DNA of 64,000 nt, from contig JABDDE010000002.1 in assembly GCA_013287775.1 (NCBI GenBank), forward strand, positions 11,988 to 75,987. The letters run 5' to 3'. Both the position numbers and the translations under genes were made by a program. This stretch comes from Chlamydiota bacterium. Lineage in GTDB: Bacteria > Chlamydiota > Chlamydiia > Chlamydiales > FEN-1388. The notes under the pieces were generated by a model, which was given only the letters and a program-made list of their open reading frames with translations, made no database searches and was not told the origin of the DNA. This document shows positions 9,151-17,944 of the stretch, piece by piece. Positions within the stretch are counted from its first letter, which is position 1, and each line of letters begins with the position of its first letter.

Positions 9151-9778
9151 GGATAATCACCTACTTTTTGTTGATAAGCCTGCAGGACTGTTAACACAGC
9201 CATCTGGCACTGATGAAGACAGCCTCGAGAGCCATGTAAAGGCATATCTTAAGAACAAGTATCATAAACCTGGCAATGTCTATCTACATGCAGTCCATAG
9301 GCTTGACAAGAGCGCCTCAGGTATTGTTCTCTTTGCAAAAACAAGCAAGGCACTCGGCCGCATGAACGAGCTTATCCGCGAAAGAAAAGTAAAAAAGCAG
9401 TATCTCGCAATAGTGGAAGGGCATTTTGAGAGCAAGAGTGGCACACTGCGGCATTTTCTTGTGCATGACGCACACAAGGCAATTGTGGATGCAGATGAGG
9501 GTGCAAATGGGGGTAAAGAGAGTGTACTGCATTATGAGGTAGTAGATGTTAGGGATAACCGATCTTTAGTGAGGATAGATCTTGAGACGGGGCGCTATCA
9601 TCAAATTCGAGCGCAGCTTGCAGCGGTCCATCATCCCATCCAAGGCGATACGAAGTACGGGAGCCGGCTGGCGTTTCAGGATGGGGCTATAGCGTTGCAA
9701 CACTACGCGATTGAGTTTGTGCACCCAGTGACGCAGGAGCAGATCATATGTAGGGTGCGTGTGCTGCTGGCGTTGTAA
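9110..9778 (+). CDS. RluA family pseudouridine synthase
   Basis: HRLDKSASGIVLFAKT catalytic motif. ATG at 9110 gives a typical N-terminus (ILFEDNHLLFVDKPAG). Confidence 0.8.
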   Translation: MKQYDSARPQILFEDNHLLFVDKPAGLLTQPSGTDEDSLESHVKAYLKNKYHKPGNVYLHAVHRLDKSASGIVLFAKTSKALGRMNELIRERKVKKQYLAIVEGHFESKSGTLRHFLVHDAHKAIVDADEGANGGKESVLHYEVVDVRDNRSLVRIDLETGRYHQIRAQLAAVHHPIQGDTKYGSRLAFQDGAIALQHYAIEFVHPVTQEQIICRVRVLLAL

Positions 9779-9785
9779 GGTTTTG

Positions 9786-10038
9786 TGCAGGGAGAGCTAC
9801 AGGAGAGGGTTAGGAGTGCTTGATGCGTTGGTGAGGCAGGTCAGGGGGGCTTTTTTTCACAGGGAGAGCCACAGGAGAGAGCTTGTCAGAGGCGTGTGGG
9901 GAGCTTGATGCGTTGGTGAGGAAGGTCTGGGGGGCTTTTTTTCACAGGGAGAGCCACAGGAGAGAGCTTGCAGAGAGAGCTTGACAGAGGCGTGTGGGGT
10001 GCTTGATGTGTTGATGGAGAAGGTGTGGGCCGTGTTCT
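9786..10038. repeat. ~85-bp tandem repeat, about 3 units
   Basis: Units at ~9788-9857, 9858-9942 and 9943-10038. The first two units share cacagggagagccacaggagag...gcttgatgcgttggtgagg...ggggggcttttttt; the third is degenerate at its 3' end (gtgggccgtgttct replaces the G-run/T-run). Confidence 0.85.
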
Positions 10039-10146
10039 AAGGTCCGAAGGACCGAAATATGTATAGCCCAGGGTGCAGGAGCCCTGAAGGGGCGACTAAA
10101 CCCTGGCTAAAAAACAAAATAATAGAGGCCTGTAAGGCCGACACAG

Positions 10147-11079
10147 TTAACATCCTTTCGTATGATGCGTATGCACTTTGTGGGTACTTCGATCGTGGTT
10201 ATCAGGGCTTGCTAGTTGCAGCTTTTTATGAGCATGCTTTAGCTTGAAATATATCTTGAGAAGATGTTGTACGGCCTCTTTTGCCGGCTTGCACCAAGCT
10301 ACACAGTGCTTGCCAATTTGTTGACGCTCTATCTCTTTGAGTCCTTTCTTGGTTATCTGATACTTGAGCGTAGCCTCTAAGTTAGAAATTTTAAAATTTC
10401 TATATGGATAAAATGTTGCGGTAGCGGTGAGTATTGCTGTTTTATTCTTTGCATCCTTTTCTTTGTTTATAGAGATGTCAATGCGTCTGCGTGGATATTC
10501 ACGAAAAGAGTGGGATTTTGCGTCTAATGCATAGGATCCATTCATCCGACTCTCTTGCGATGGCACAATTCGAAAAGGAGCAATCACCTCTCGCCCTCGC
10601 GTAGAATGCTGGGTGGAAATGGGTGTAGAAGGTGGAAGATCTCTTTTTCGTGTATGGTATGCATCATAGCAGTGCACATTTTCTAATATTTTGCGGATTG
10701 GCGCGTACCATATCGAGGACGTTTGAAAGCGTGTTCTTTTTATTTTCAATGTGTTATGACGGCCATCCGTAAATCCAATGTGAGATTCTTTCTTATCCAT
10801 CATAAATCGTAAACTGCCCATAAAACGACTTACATGCCACTTTGGGATATCGGACGTCCGACCAAGGTATGGTGGAGGAGGATATGAAGTCCACAGTTGC
10901 ACTCGTAATGGAGGGGCATTGTGCTCTGAGGTCAGGTATATTTTATATGATGAGTGAAAAGAATACCCGAGGGGTTTTATTGTAATTTTGAGTGTGTGGT
11001 GTTTTGCATGCAATGAAGGCATTGTGACACACAGCAAAAGCATGCAGGCTAGAGCAAGCAACTTGGTTTTTATATACAT
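10147..11079 (-). CDS. secreted hypothetical protein
   Basis: ATG at 11079 with GAGGA 8 nt upstream and signal peptide MYIKTKLLALACMLLLCVTMPSLHA. No family recognised. Confidence 0.5.
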   Translation of the reverse strand: MYIKTKLLALACMLLLCVTMPSLHAKHHTLKITIKPLGYSFHSSYKIYLTSEHNAPPLRVQLWTSYPPPPYLGRTSDIPKWHVSRFMGSLRFMMDKKESHIGFTDGRHNTLKIKRTRFQTSSIWYAPIRKILENVHCYDAYHTRKRDLPPSTPISTQHSTRGREVIAPFRIVPSQESRMNGSYALDAKSHSFREYPRRRIDISINKEKDAKNKTAILTATATFYPYRNFKISNLEATLKYQITKKGLKEIERQQIGKHCVAWCKPAKEAVQHLLKIYFKLKHAHKKLQLASPDNHDRSTHKVHTHHTKGC

Positions 11080-11395
11080 AGGCATAATCCTCGTAGAATA
11101 GTTGTGAGGGCAACAAAACAGCCCCATATTTTCCGAACAGATGCATTGCCGTCCATTCAGTACCATCCACGGTAACATATCGCTTTTCGTTTTGTCAACT
11201 AGGATGTTTTGTTTTTATTTTTTTAGATGAGGTGCTTGCAAAATTCCGTTGGAGACAAAATTTGATGATTGTGGCGATGGGAAAAGCCTTTTGCAAATCG
11301 ACATACTCCCTCGAGTAGGCGATTTGCAAAAGGTTTTTTCCCAGCGACAAAAGCGCGAATTTTGGCCCAAACCGGAATTTCGCAAGCGCCTCACG

Positions 11396-11446
11396 TGAGT
11401 GGGCAGCTCGATAGAGCGGTCTCCTCACATCTAGATAATCAAATCC
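11396..11446. repeat. PAL-2 repeat (degenerate copy)
   Basis: gtgagtgggcagctcgatagagcggtctcctcacatctagataatcaaatcc, homologous to the copies at 12281 and 14731. Confidence 0.8.
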
Positions 11447-11516
11447 TTGCAAACAAAAAAGTCCTTGCTTATGTACCATAAAAATGATACACTAAAAATA
11501 AGAGAAGGATTATACA

Positions 11517-11885
11517 ATGCAATACCCTATCGCTTATGCCGGCGAAGAATTTACAATTGAATGGTACCTTGATTTGAAGGGCCACAGTCAAGCACTTGAA
11601 TATTTTTTGGCACAATCACTTGATCGACAACGAAAATTATTACATTTACTTAAATTGATGGGCGATCACGGGAAAATTTTTAATAAGACAAAATTTATGA
11701 ATGAAGGTGATGAGATTTATGCATTTAAACCCCAACCAGATCGTTATCTATGTTTCTTTTATCAGGGCAAGAAAATTATTATCACTAATGCGTTTATGAA
11801 AAAAACGCAAAAATTACCAATTAATGAAAAAGAAAAAGCTTTGAAAGCGCATAAAAACTATATAAATATAATGAATGGATGTTAG
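11517..11885 (+). CDS. RelE/ParE-superfamily toxin (HigB / phage Gp49-like)
   Basis: 122 aa, immediately followed by an XRE HTH gene. Pattern ..IEWYLD..G...A..F....D......L......G...N..KF is typical of Gp49-like killers. Confidence 0.65.
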   Translation: MQYPIAYAGEEFTIEWYLDLKGHSQALEYFLAQSLDRQRKLLHLLKLMGDHGKIFNKTKFMNEGDEIYAFKPQPDRYLCFFYQGKKIIITNAFMKKTQKLPINEKEKALKAHKNYINIMNGC

Positions 11886-11887
11886 TT

Positions 11888-12202
11888 ATGAAGAAAAAAA
11901 TATTATCGACATACGAAGAGTTTATGCAAAATCACGAACAAAAAAAACTTTTTGATGAAGAATACACAGAACTACTGATCTCTGAAATGGTGATAGCAGC
12001 AATGGAGCATGATCATATTTCTGTGAGAAAATTGGCAGCTGCTGCAGGTGTCTCGCCTACTATTATTCAAAGCATAAAAACGAAGTCCAAAATTAACATT
12101 ACTCTTGATACATTATCACGGATTTTGGATGCAATTGGTTATCAAATGCGTTTTGTCCGCAAAGACAACTCTCATCACCAAACAACAGGGTATGCAACGT
12201 GA
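11888..12202 (+). CDS. XRE-family HTH antitoxin (HigA-like)
   Basis: ATG 3 nt after the toxin stop. HTH segment ISVRKLAAAAGVSPTIIQSIKT. Confidence 0.65.
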   Translation: MKKKILSTYEEFMQNHEQKKLFDEEYTELLISEMVIAAMEHDHISVRKLAAAAGVSPTIIQSIKTKSKINITLDTLSRILDAIGYQMRFVRKDNSHHQTTGYAT

Positions 12203-12280
12203 ATGGACTTAAAAAGATAGAAAACCATCCATGCAAATACTTCAGTATCTAACTTTCAGTTATTAATTAAGCTTTCTGGT

Positions 12281-12336
12281 GTGAGTGGGCAGCTTGATAG
12301 AGCTGCTCACTCATATCTAAATAATCAAATCAACGC
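12281..12336. repeat. PAL-2 repeat
   Basis: gtgagtgggcagcttgatagagctgctcactca + tatctaaataatcaaatcaacgc. The tail overlaps the stop of the 12330-12746 gene. Confidence 0.85.
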
Positions 12337-12746
12337 CTCGGGCACATAACAGAAGATGGAAGAGCCTTTATGGCGGCTGGCGATACACCGTGAGGTCCAC
12401 GGATCTTATCGCATTTTGCCGCTAAAACAAAGTCGCTTTCAGATAATCCGTCAATTTTGTGTGTCCATAACAGAACTTTCACTCTGCCATAGGCTAACAA
12501 GATATCAGGATGATGTCCTTCATGCTCTGCAACTGCGCCAATTTTGTTGGTGAAGGCAAGAGCCTCACAAAAGTTTGGAAAGAGATACTCTTTTTCCAAA
12601 TGGTGTTCCTCGATTACCTGCCAGTCATTGCCAAGTTGCTTATGAAGCTTAGCAAGCGACAGTCCTTTCAATGGGGGAATATTTTTGCTACAAGGGACAC
12701 ATGTTTTATTTGATAGTTTGCAATTTGAGTTCATAAAATTCCTCAT
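12330..12746 (-). CDS. phhB: pterin-4-alpha-carbinolamine dehydratase
   Basis: EGHHPD motif and typical PCD core. The C-terminal ~25 codons and the stop lie in or next to the PAL-2 repeat. Confidence 0.75.
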   Translation of the reverse strand: MRNFMNSNCKLSNKTCVPCSKNIPPLKGLSLAKLHKQLGNDWQVIEEHHLEKEYLFPNFCEALAFTNKIGAVAEHEGHHPDILLAYGRVKVLLWTHKIDGLSESDFVLAAKCDKIRGPHGVSPAAIKALPSSVMCPRR

Positions 12747-12750
12747 TTTA

Positions 12751-12790
12751 CGCTACGTGCACTTTTCCTTCAGGAAAAGTGCACGTAGCG
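12751..12790. repeat. PAL-1 palindrome (subtype C), perfect
   Basis: cgctacgtgcacttttcc-ttca-ggaaaagtgcacgtagcg. It fills the gap between the yhhQ stop (12791) and the phhB start (12746). Confidence 0.9.
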
Positions 12791-13468
12791 TTAATTTTTA
12801 TTTGTTAATGATACGTTTTGAGCGCTCAACTGGTTATCGCTTTTGCAGTGTTTTCGAAATATAAAAACACAACAATAAAATAGCGGAGTAGTTGCGACGC
12901 TAAATAAGGCTTTATAGGCATAGGAAAAGATCATTATAGGTACTACCTGCTGTATCTCCATGTTGAGTCCCCAATATAAAAAGATGATATCAATAGCCAC
13001 TGTATCAATCAGTTGTGAGATGCATGTAGAGCCATTATTGCGTAGCCATAGAAGGCGAGGTCCTGTCCATTTTTTTATCAGAGCATACAATTGGATGTCG
13101 GCAAGTTGAGCAATAGCGTACGCAGTGAGTGAAGAGAAAATGCGCAAGCCACTCGCGCCGAGTATCATCTTAAATGCATTATGCTCACCTTCTATATGCG
13201 CAGGAAGCCACAAAGCCAATTCGATGATCCCAAAACTTAAAAGGTTCATTCCCAAGGTAATATAGACCATGAATGTAGCCTTTTTTGGTCCAAAAAATTC
13301 AGTGACCAAGTCGCTCAATAAGAATGTGAGCGGATAGGTCACCAAACCAGCTGGAATAAGCAAGCCAACATAGGGCAGTACGACCATCTTTGCAGAGATG
13401 ATATTGGATAACACCACGAGGACGCAGAAGGCAGCACTCATGGCATGATATATTTTTTCACCTTTCAT
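12791..13468 (-). CDS. yhhQ: YhhQ/DUF165 family (queuosine-precursor-type) transporter
   Basis: 225-aa polytopic protein with a YPLTFLLSDLVTE motif typical of the family. 11-nt overlap with phhA. Confidence 0.7.
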   Translation of the reverse strand: MKGEKIYHAMSAAFCVLVVLSNIISAKMVVLPYVGLLIPAGLVTYPLTFLLSDLVTEFFGPKKATFMVYITLGMNLLSFGIIELALWLPAHIEGEHNAFKMILGASGLRIFSSLTAYAIAQLADIQLYALIKKWTGPRLLWLRNNGSTCISQLIDTVAIDIIFLYWGLNMEIQQVVPIMIFSYAYKALFSVATTPLFYCCVFIFRKHCKSDNQLSAQNVSLTNKN

Positions 13469-14378
13469 ATTTTACCTCCAAAAAGGCTTGTAGATCGGCA
13501 TCACTCACTTTTGGCTCTCCTGGGTTGACATGGTCTAATTTGCCCTCATGTAACCATTGTTCAAGTTGACCGACCTCTTCGTACAGATGCGCAAATGAAT
13601 CAATCACGAATAAAAGAGACTGAAAATGATCAATTTCAAACGCTTGATTGATCACCCATTCAAGTTGAAAAGGATATCTTTGCACACATGGTGATTCAAT
13701 GCAATGCTCGATTTCTCCAGCAGAGCTTAAAAGGCCACTGCCGTAGACACAAATACGCTCTCCCTCACGCATAAGGCCAAATTCAATGCTAAACCAAAAA
13801 AAACGCGAAAGCGCCTGGATGTTGCTCCGAATTTTGGCCAATTTTTCTTCTGCATTGGCAATATGTGCATGTCGCTTGGCAGCTATGTGAGCAAGGGAGC
13901 CAAACTTGACGAGCACATCAGCAAATGTTCTATCTGTATGCATAGGGACATGTCCCGCAATATCATGAAATATATCGGGCTCCGGGAGATAGTGCAGATT
14001 GTTGCTATCTCTTATCGTAACCGTAGTTGGAAATTCCCGATGTTGTAAGCTGTCAAAAAATAAATAGGTAGGTACATACCCGCTGACTGCCTTTGCTTTA
14101 AACCCTGTTAACGGTTCTAAAAATGCATTGATCTCTTCTAATTCAGGAATTCGATCAGGATTCAAGCAAAGCGATTGAATGCCTTCCATGAATTTCTTAT
14201 TGGCATATTTTTCCCACTTTGGGTGTAAAAGAGCATACAGTTTTCTCCATGCTTCTTGATTATTCTCATTATATAGCTCATATGGTTGGTGAATGAAGGT
14301 TTTCCCTTCGTTTTGGGCATTTTCGATAAATGGAGCTTTTGTTGTGGTCAAACCATGACCTATTTCTGGGTGGTGCAT
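13458..14378 (-). CDS. phhA: phenylalanine 4-hydroxylase
   Basis: PEPDIFHDIAGHVPM and YGSGLLSSAGE motifs of biopterin-dependent aromatic amino acid hydroxylases. Confidence 0.85.
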   Translation of the reverse strand: MHHPEIGHGLTTTKAPFIENAQNEGKTFIHQPYELYNENNQEAWRKLYALLHPKWEKYANKKFMEGIQSLCLNPDRIPELEEINAFLEPLTGFKAKAVSGYVPTYLFFDSLQHREFPTTVTIRDSNNLHYLPEPDIFHDIAGHVPMHTDRTFADVLVKFGSLAHIAAKRHAHIANAEEKLAKIRSNIQALSRFFWFSIEFGLMREGERICVYGSGLLSSAGEIEHCIESPCVQRYPFQLEWVINQAFEIDHFQSLLFVIDSFAHLYEEVGQLEQWLHEGKLDHVNPGEPKVSDADLQAFLEVKYER

Positions 14379-14730
14379 ACATCCTCTGAAATTAAAATAA
14401 ATTTTTTATAAAAATTAGTTTATAGCATGAGGCGATAATATCAGAACACATGCTAATAGCACAGCACACTGCCTTTAATGCAGATAAACACTGTAACTAA
14501 ATTAGATAATTAATAAGAATAATAGCAGGGATAATAAGAATAGACAAAAGAAGAAAAGCAAGAAAAAAGAAAAGATGAACCCGTCCTCAGCGGAGGAGCT
14601 TGGGTCGAAGAACATGTTAAAGAACATTCCGTAAACATTTTTTACTCCTTGTGTAACTTTTTGTCAAACGCCATCTGGCGTTAGAACGATTGTATCATAT
14701 AGAAATGGTTTTTAGCAAGACATATTTTTT

Positions 14731-14790
14731 AGATGTGAGTGGGCAGCTCGATAGAGCTGCCCACTCACATCTAAATTACTAAATCAACGC
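14731..14790. repeat. PAL-2 repeat (perfect 19-bp stem)
   Basis: agatgtgagtgggcagctc-gat-agagctgcccactcacatct + aaattactaaatcaacgc. The tail contains the stop codon of the PiT gene. Confidence 0.9.
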
Positions 14791-16203
14791 TTCCAGCACA
14801 TAAAAGCAGAAGATGGAAAGAATAGCCCCTGCAGGGATGGTGATGAACCATGAGAGCACAATGTCTCGAAGGGTGCGAAGGTTCAGCGAGGCAATACCGC
14901 CTGCTAGCCCGACACCAATGACAGAGCCAACGATGGTATGCGTCGTCGAGATGGGAAAGCCAAAACGAGAGGCCAGCAGAATGATGAGAGCAGCCCCAAA
15001 TTCGGCAGCAAAGCCACGGCTGGGAGTAAGCTCTGTGATGCGTTTACCGATAGTTTCAATGACACGCCAGCCCCAGGTTGCAAGCCCAATAACAATGCCG
15101 ACGCCTCCGAGTACTAAAGCCCATGAGGGAAATATCGACTCATGACCAAAGTGGCGCTGTATGGTAGAAACTATGGCAGCCATGGGGCCTATGGCATTGG
15201 AGACATCATTAGAACCGTGCGCAAATGCCATAAGGCAGGCACTCGAGATCTGCAGCAGTCCAAACATTTTTTCTACCCAGAAAAATTCCGTGTGCTTCTC
15301 TTCAGTATCAGTATGCTTTTTCAGGGAATACGAGAGTGTGTCCATATCTTGCACAATATCTGAAAGCTGAAATTTGAGCTCGCCCTCTAACGAATTTTGG
15401 ACGCGAAGAAGGTGCTTCTTTGCTTTATCCACCTCAGTAAGAAGATGCGTATCATGCGTGTGTGCCATAGGCAGCGCATTTGCTACAGCTTTTGCAGAAG
15501 AAAATGTTTTATAATGCACAGCATAATGGGCACAAATGCCGGTAATGACCGCAATTGTGATTGCAATGCAACATTTTATGATAAATGCCGTATCCGGCAA
15601 GATCACACGATACATCATAGTGAGAGAGAGCACCAGAACCACGACTGCTGCGATGTATGGAAAGAATTTTTTTGAAGCCTCGAGAGGATGTGGGTCATAG
15701 AAGATATACTGACGAAGCATCGTAAATACAATATAGGAGGTAAATGCACCTAAAATAGGAGAGGCAACCCAGCTTACCGCTATTTGGAAGACGTTTTCCC
15801 ATTGCACGGCATCAATGCCGCCGACAACAGCACCAAAGCCGACGATGGCTCCCACGATCGTGTGTGTGGTAGAGACAGGCAGGCCACAGTAGGAGGCAAA
15901 CTGGAGCCACAGCCCCGTTGCAAGCAAAGATGCCAGCATGCCATTGATGAAGATGAAGGGGTGGTATACAAAAACATCAGGGTTGACGATATTTTTTTCG
16001 AGGGTTTCAGAGACATTAGAGCCAAAAAACACAGCGCCGAGAAATTCAAAGATAGCGGCTAAAATAACCGCTTCGCGAAGAGAGAGTGCTTTTGAGCCCA
16101 CAGAGGTGCCCATAGCATTGGCAACATCATTGGCACCAATATTCCATGCCGCATAAAAGCCAAATACCAGCGCAATAATAATATATATGAGGTCTGCAGT
16201 CAT
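14779..16203 (-). CDS. inorganic phosphate transporter (PiT family)
   Basis: GANDVANAMGTSVG and GSNDVSNAIGP signature pair. 474 aa, polytopic. Confidence 0.85.
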   Translation of the reverse strand: MTADLIYIIIALVFGFYAAWNIGANDVANAMGTSVGSKALSLREAVILAAIFEFLGAVFFGSNVSETLEKNIVNPDVFVYHPFIFINGMLASLLATGLWLQFASYCGLPVSTTHTIVGAIVGFGAVVGGIDAVQWENVFQIAVSWVASPILGAFTSYIVFTMLRQYIFYDPHPLEASKKFFPYIAAVVVLVLSLTMMYRVILPDTAFIIKCCIAITIAVITGICAHYAVHYKTFSSAKAVANALPMAHTHDTHLLTEVDKAKKHLLRVQNSLEGELKFQLSDIVQDMDTLSYSLKKHTDTEEKHTEFFWVEKMFGLLQISSACLMAFAHGSNDVSNAIGPMAAIVSTIQRHFGHESIFPSWALVLGGVGIVIGLATWGWRVIETIGKRITELTPSRGFAAEFGAALIILLASRFGFPISTTHTIVGSVIGVGLAGGIASLNLRTLRDIVLSWFITIPAGAILSIFCFYVLEALI

Positions 16204-16207
16204 AATG

Positions 16208-16876
16208 CTATTTTACATCAAGGGTTGCACGCACACAGTTGGCCAGCTTTTCAGAAATATTGGAAAGAGACCCAACCACTTCAAATATTTTTTGCCAATG
16301 AATGTAGAGGCCATATGAGAGTTCTCGTTCTGAGGCAAATAGGGCGCGTAGCAGCTCTCGTTGGAGGAGATCTGCCTCATGTTCTTTAAAAGCAACGGCT
16401 TCAACCATGGCCTTTACTTTTTTTGCTTCATTGCCGCCAAAGGAAGATTCTTGCAGATCCTGGAGTTCTTGAATGATTCTTCGTACCATTTCAAAAGAGT
16501 CAATATTTTTTTGTAAAAATTGCAAAAATGGCTCTTCAAAGGTTTTGAGTAGTTTCATGGGTCGCAGCGTTACAAGCACAGCAATATCTTCCGCTTTATC
16601 AGCAAGAGTATCTTGAAGACTGAGCATCTCGAGAAATGAGCTACGATCGAGAGAGAGAAACAAGCTTGAGGGGATATTATTTCGAATCTCATCTTTTGTA
16701 CGATCGGCAGCATGCTCGAGTGATGAGATGTGATCGGCAATTTCTTGCACTTGCTTCTCTTGTCCTTGCTTGATTGCTGTGAAAAGGGCCACAAGTTCAT
16801 GGATGCAATGTGCCACTTTCTCCATATGTTTTTGCAGGGGCTGAAATGGAGAGCGCCCAAAAAGATTAAACAGCAT
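16208..16876 (-). CDS. DUF47 / PhoU-like phosphate transport regulator (TIGR00153-type)
   Basis: 222-aa all-helical protein immediately upstream of the PiT gene, which is the usual pairing. Confidence 0.7.
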   Translation of the reverse strand: MLFNLFGRSPFQPLQKHMEKVAHCIHELVALFTAIKQGQEKQVQEIADHISSLEHAADRTKDEIRNNIPSSLFLSLDRSSFLEMLSLQDTLADKAEDIAVLVTLRPMKLLKTFEEPFLQFLQKNIDSFEMVRRIIQELQDLQESSFGGNEAKKVKAMVEAVAFKEHEADLLQRELLRALFASERELSYGLYIHWQKIFEVVGSLSNISEKLANCVRATLDVK

Positions 16877-16881
16877 ATTTT

Positions 16882-17649
16882 TTATATAACTCTCGCTTGT
16901 TCTTTTGCTACAAAACCCTCTTCGTGAGTGCTTGATTCTACTTTTAGCCAGTTGCCATTGTTAACAACTTGGCGTACAGTGACCTTTGTTCCGGGTATGA
17001 GAGGGAGCCCAGGTAATGTGGGATACTCTGTGCCTGCACCTTTATAGAGGGGTGTAGGGTAAATAATAACGGCTTCGAGTGGGGCAAAAAAGAGCGTCCA
17101 CGCAATACTTGCAGAAAAGACAATGGTAATGCCCAGGGAAACAAAGGCAAGAGTGAGAAATGTGGGTTGTGGCAGCCATACTGCAAAGGAAGCAAAGGCA
17201 AATGTACAGAGCAAAAAGCCTAGTAGACACATCTCACGCTCGTATAAAGAGAGCATTCTATGAAAAAAGAGGAGGGTATCTGCCACCATGTTTTCATTGA
17301 CAGATGGGGGCAGATGCGCAAGCTCCTTTGTGCGTTGTATATTTTGTATAAGTGGCTCTGCACGCGGCATTTCCTTGTAGGCTCTATAGTAATACCACAG
17401 GGCAAGTCCATATTCTTTTAGCTGGCAGTAGCAATTACCAATGTTATAAAGGAGCCTGCCTGATGGGTTTTGCGTAAGCTCGCTCAGATATATTGTGAGG
17501 GCATCATTAAAGGCGTGTCTTTTTTCTTCGGGCGTTTGTGTTTGCTGCCCCTGTGAATATCGTATATACCCCTCGTCAATAAATGCCCCCGCCGCAGGAA
17601 GGCATATGGGACACAAGCAAAGAAAAAGGAAGAGAAGATGGTGATTCAT
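16882..17649 (-). CDS. TPR plus SH3b domain membrane protein (BatE-like)
   Basis: Signal peptide, TPR-like segment (LYNIGNCYCQLKEYGLALWYYYRAY), two TM helices and a C-terminal SH3-like GTKVTVRQVVNNGNWLKVE. Confidence 0.5.
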   Translation of the reverse strand: MNHHLLFLFLCLCPICLPAAGAFIDEGYIRYSQGQQTQTPEEKRHAFNDALTIYLSELTQNPSGRLLYNIGNCYCQLKEYGLALWYYYRAYKEMPRAEPLIQNIQRTKELAHLPPSVNENMVADTLLFFHRMLSLYEREMCLLGFLLCTFAFASFAVWLPQPTFLTLAFVSLGITIVFSASIAWTLFFAPLEAVIIYPTPLYKGAGTEYPTLPGLPLIPGTKVTVRQVVNNGNWLKVESSTHEEGFVAKEQARVI

Positions 17650-17681
17650 CGTCCGAAGTATAGAAGGCTTATATTTTTATG

Positions 17682-17717
17682 TCAATGTACAATTTTCCAA
17701 GGAAAATTGTACATTGA
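17682..17717. repeat. PAL-1 palindrome (variant of subtype A)
   Basis: tcaatgtacaattttcc-aa-ggaaaattgtacattga. Confidence 0.85.
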
Positions 17718-17944
17718 AAAAATGACACCTTGTGTGACTAATCCTACTAGAAAGGTGTGCATGGCGAAAATAGAGCATGCGCCCCGCAGCCCACGATTCG
17801 CGTAAAAAAATGTTACTGCTTCACACTATGATTAGATAAAAAATCATGAATGGTTTTGTGCATCGCGTAGGCCATAATTTTGCAAGAATCTATGTATGTT
17901 TTAATGACATGACTGTTCACCCAATACGAGCAAGTGTCATAGCC

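Noticed and set aside
11195-11481. Two overlapping ~70-94-aa ORFs on opposite strands upstream of the HigB-like gene
   Set aside because: They span the PAL-2 repeat and the TA-upstream homology segment. They have no RBS and no coding signature.
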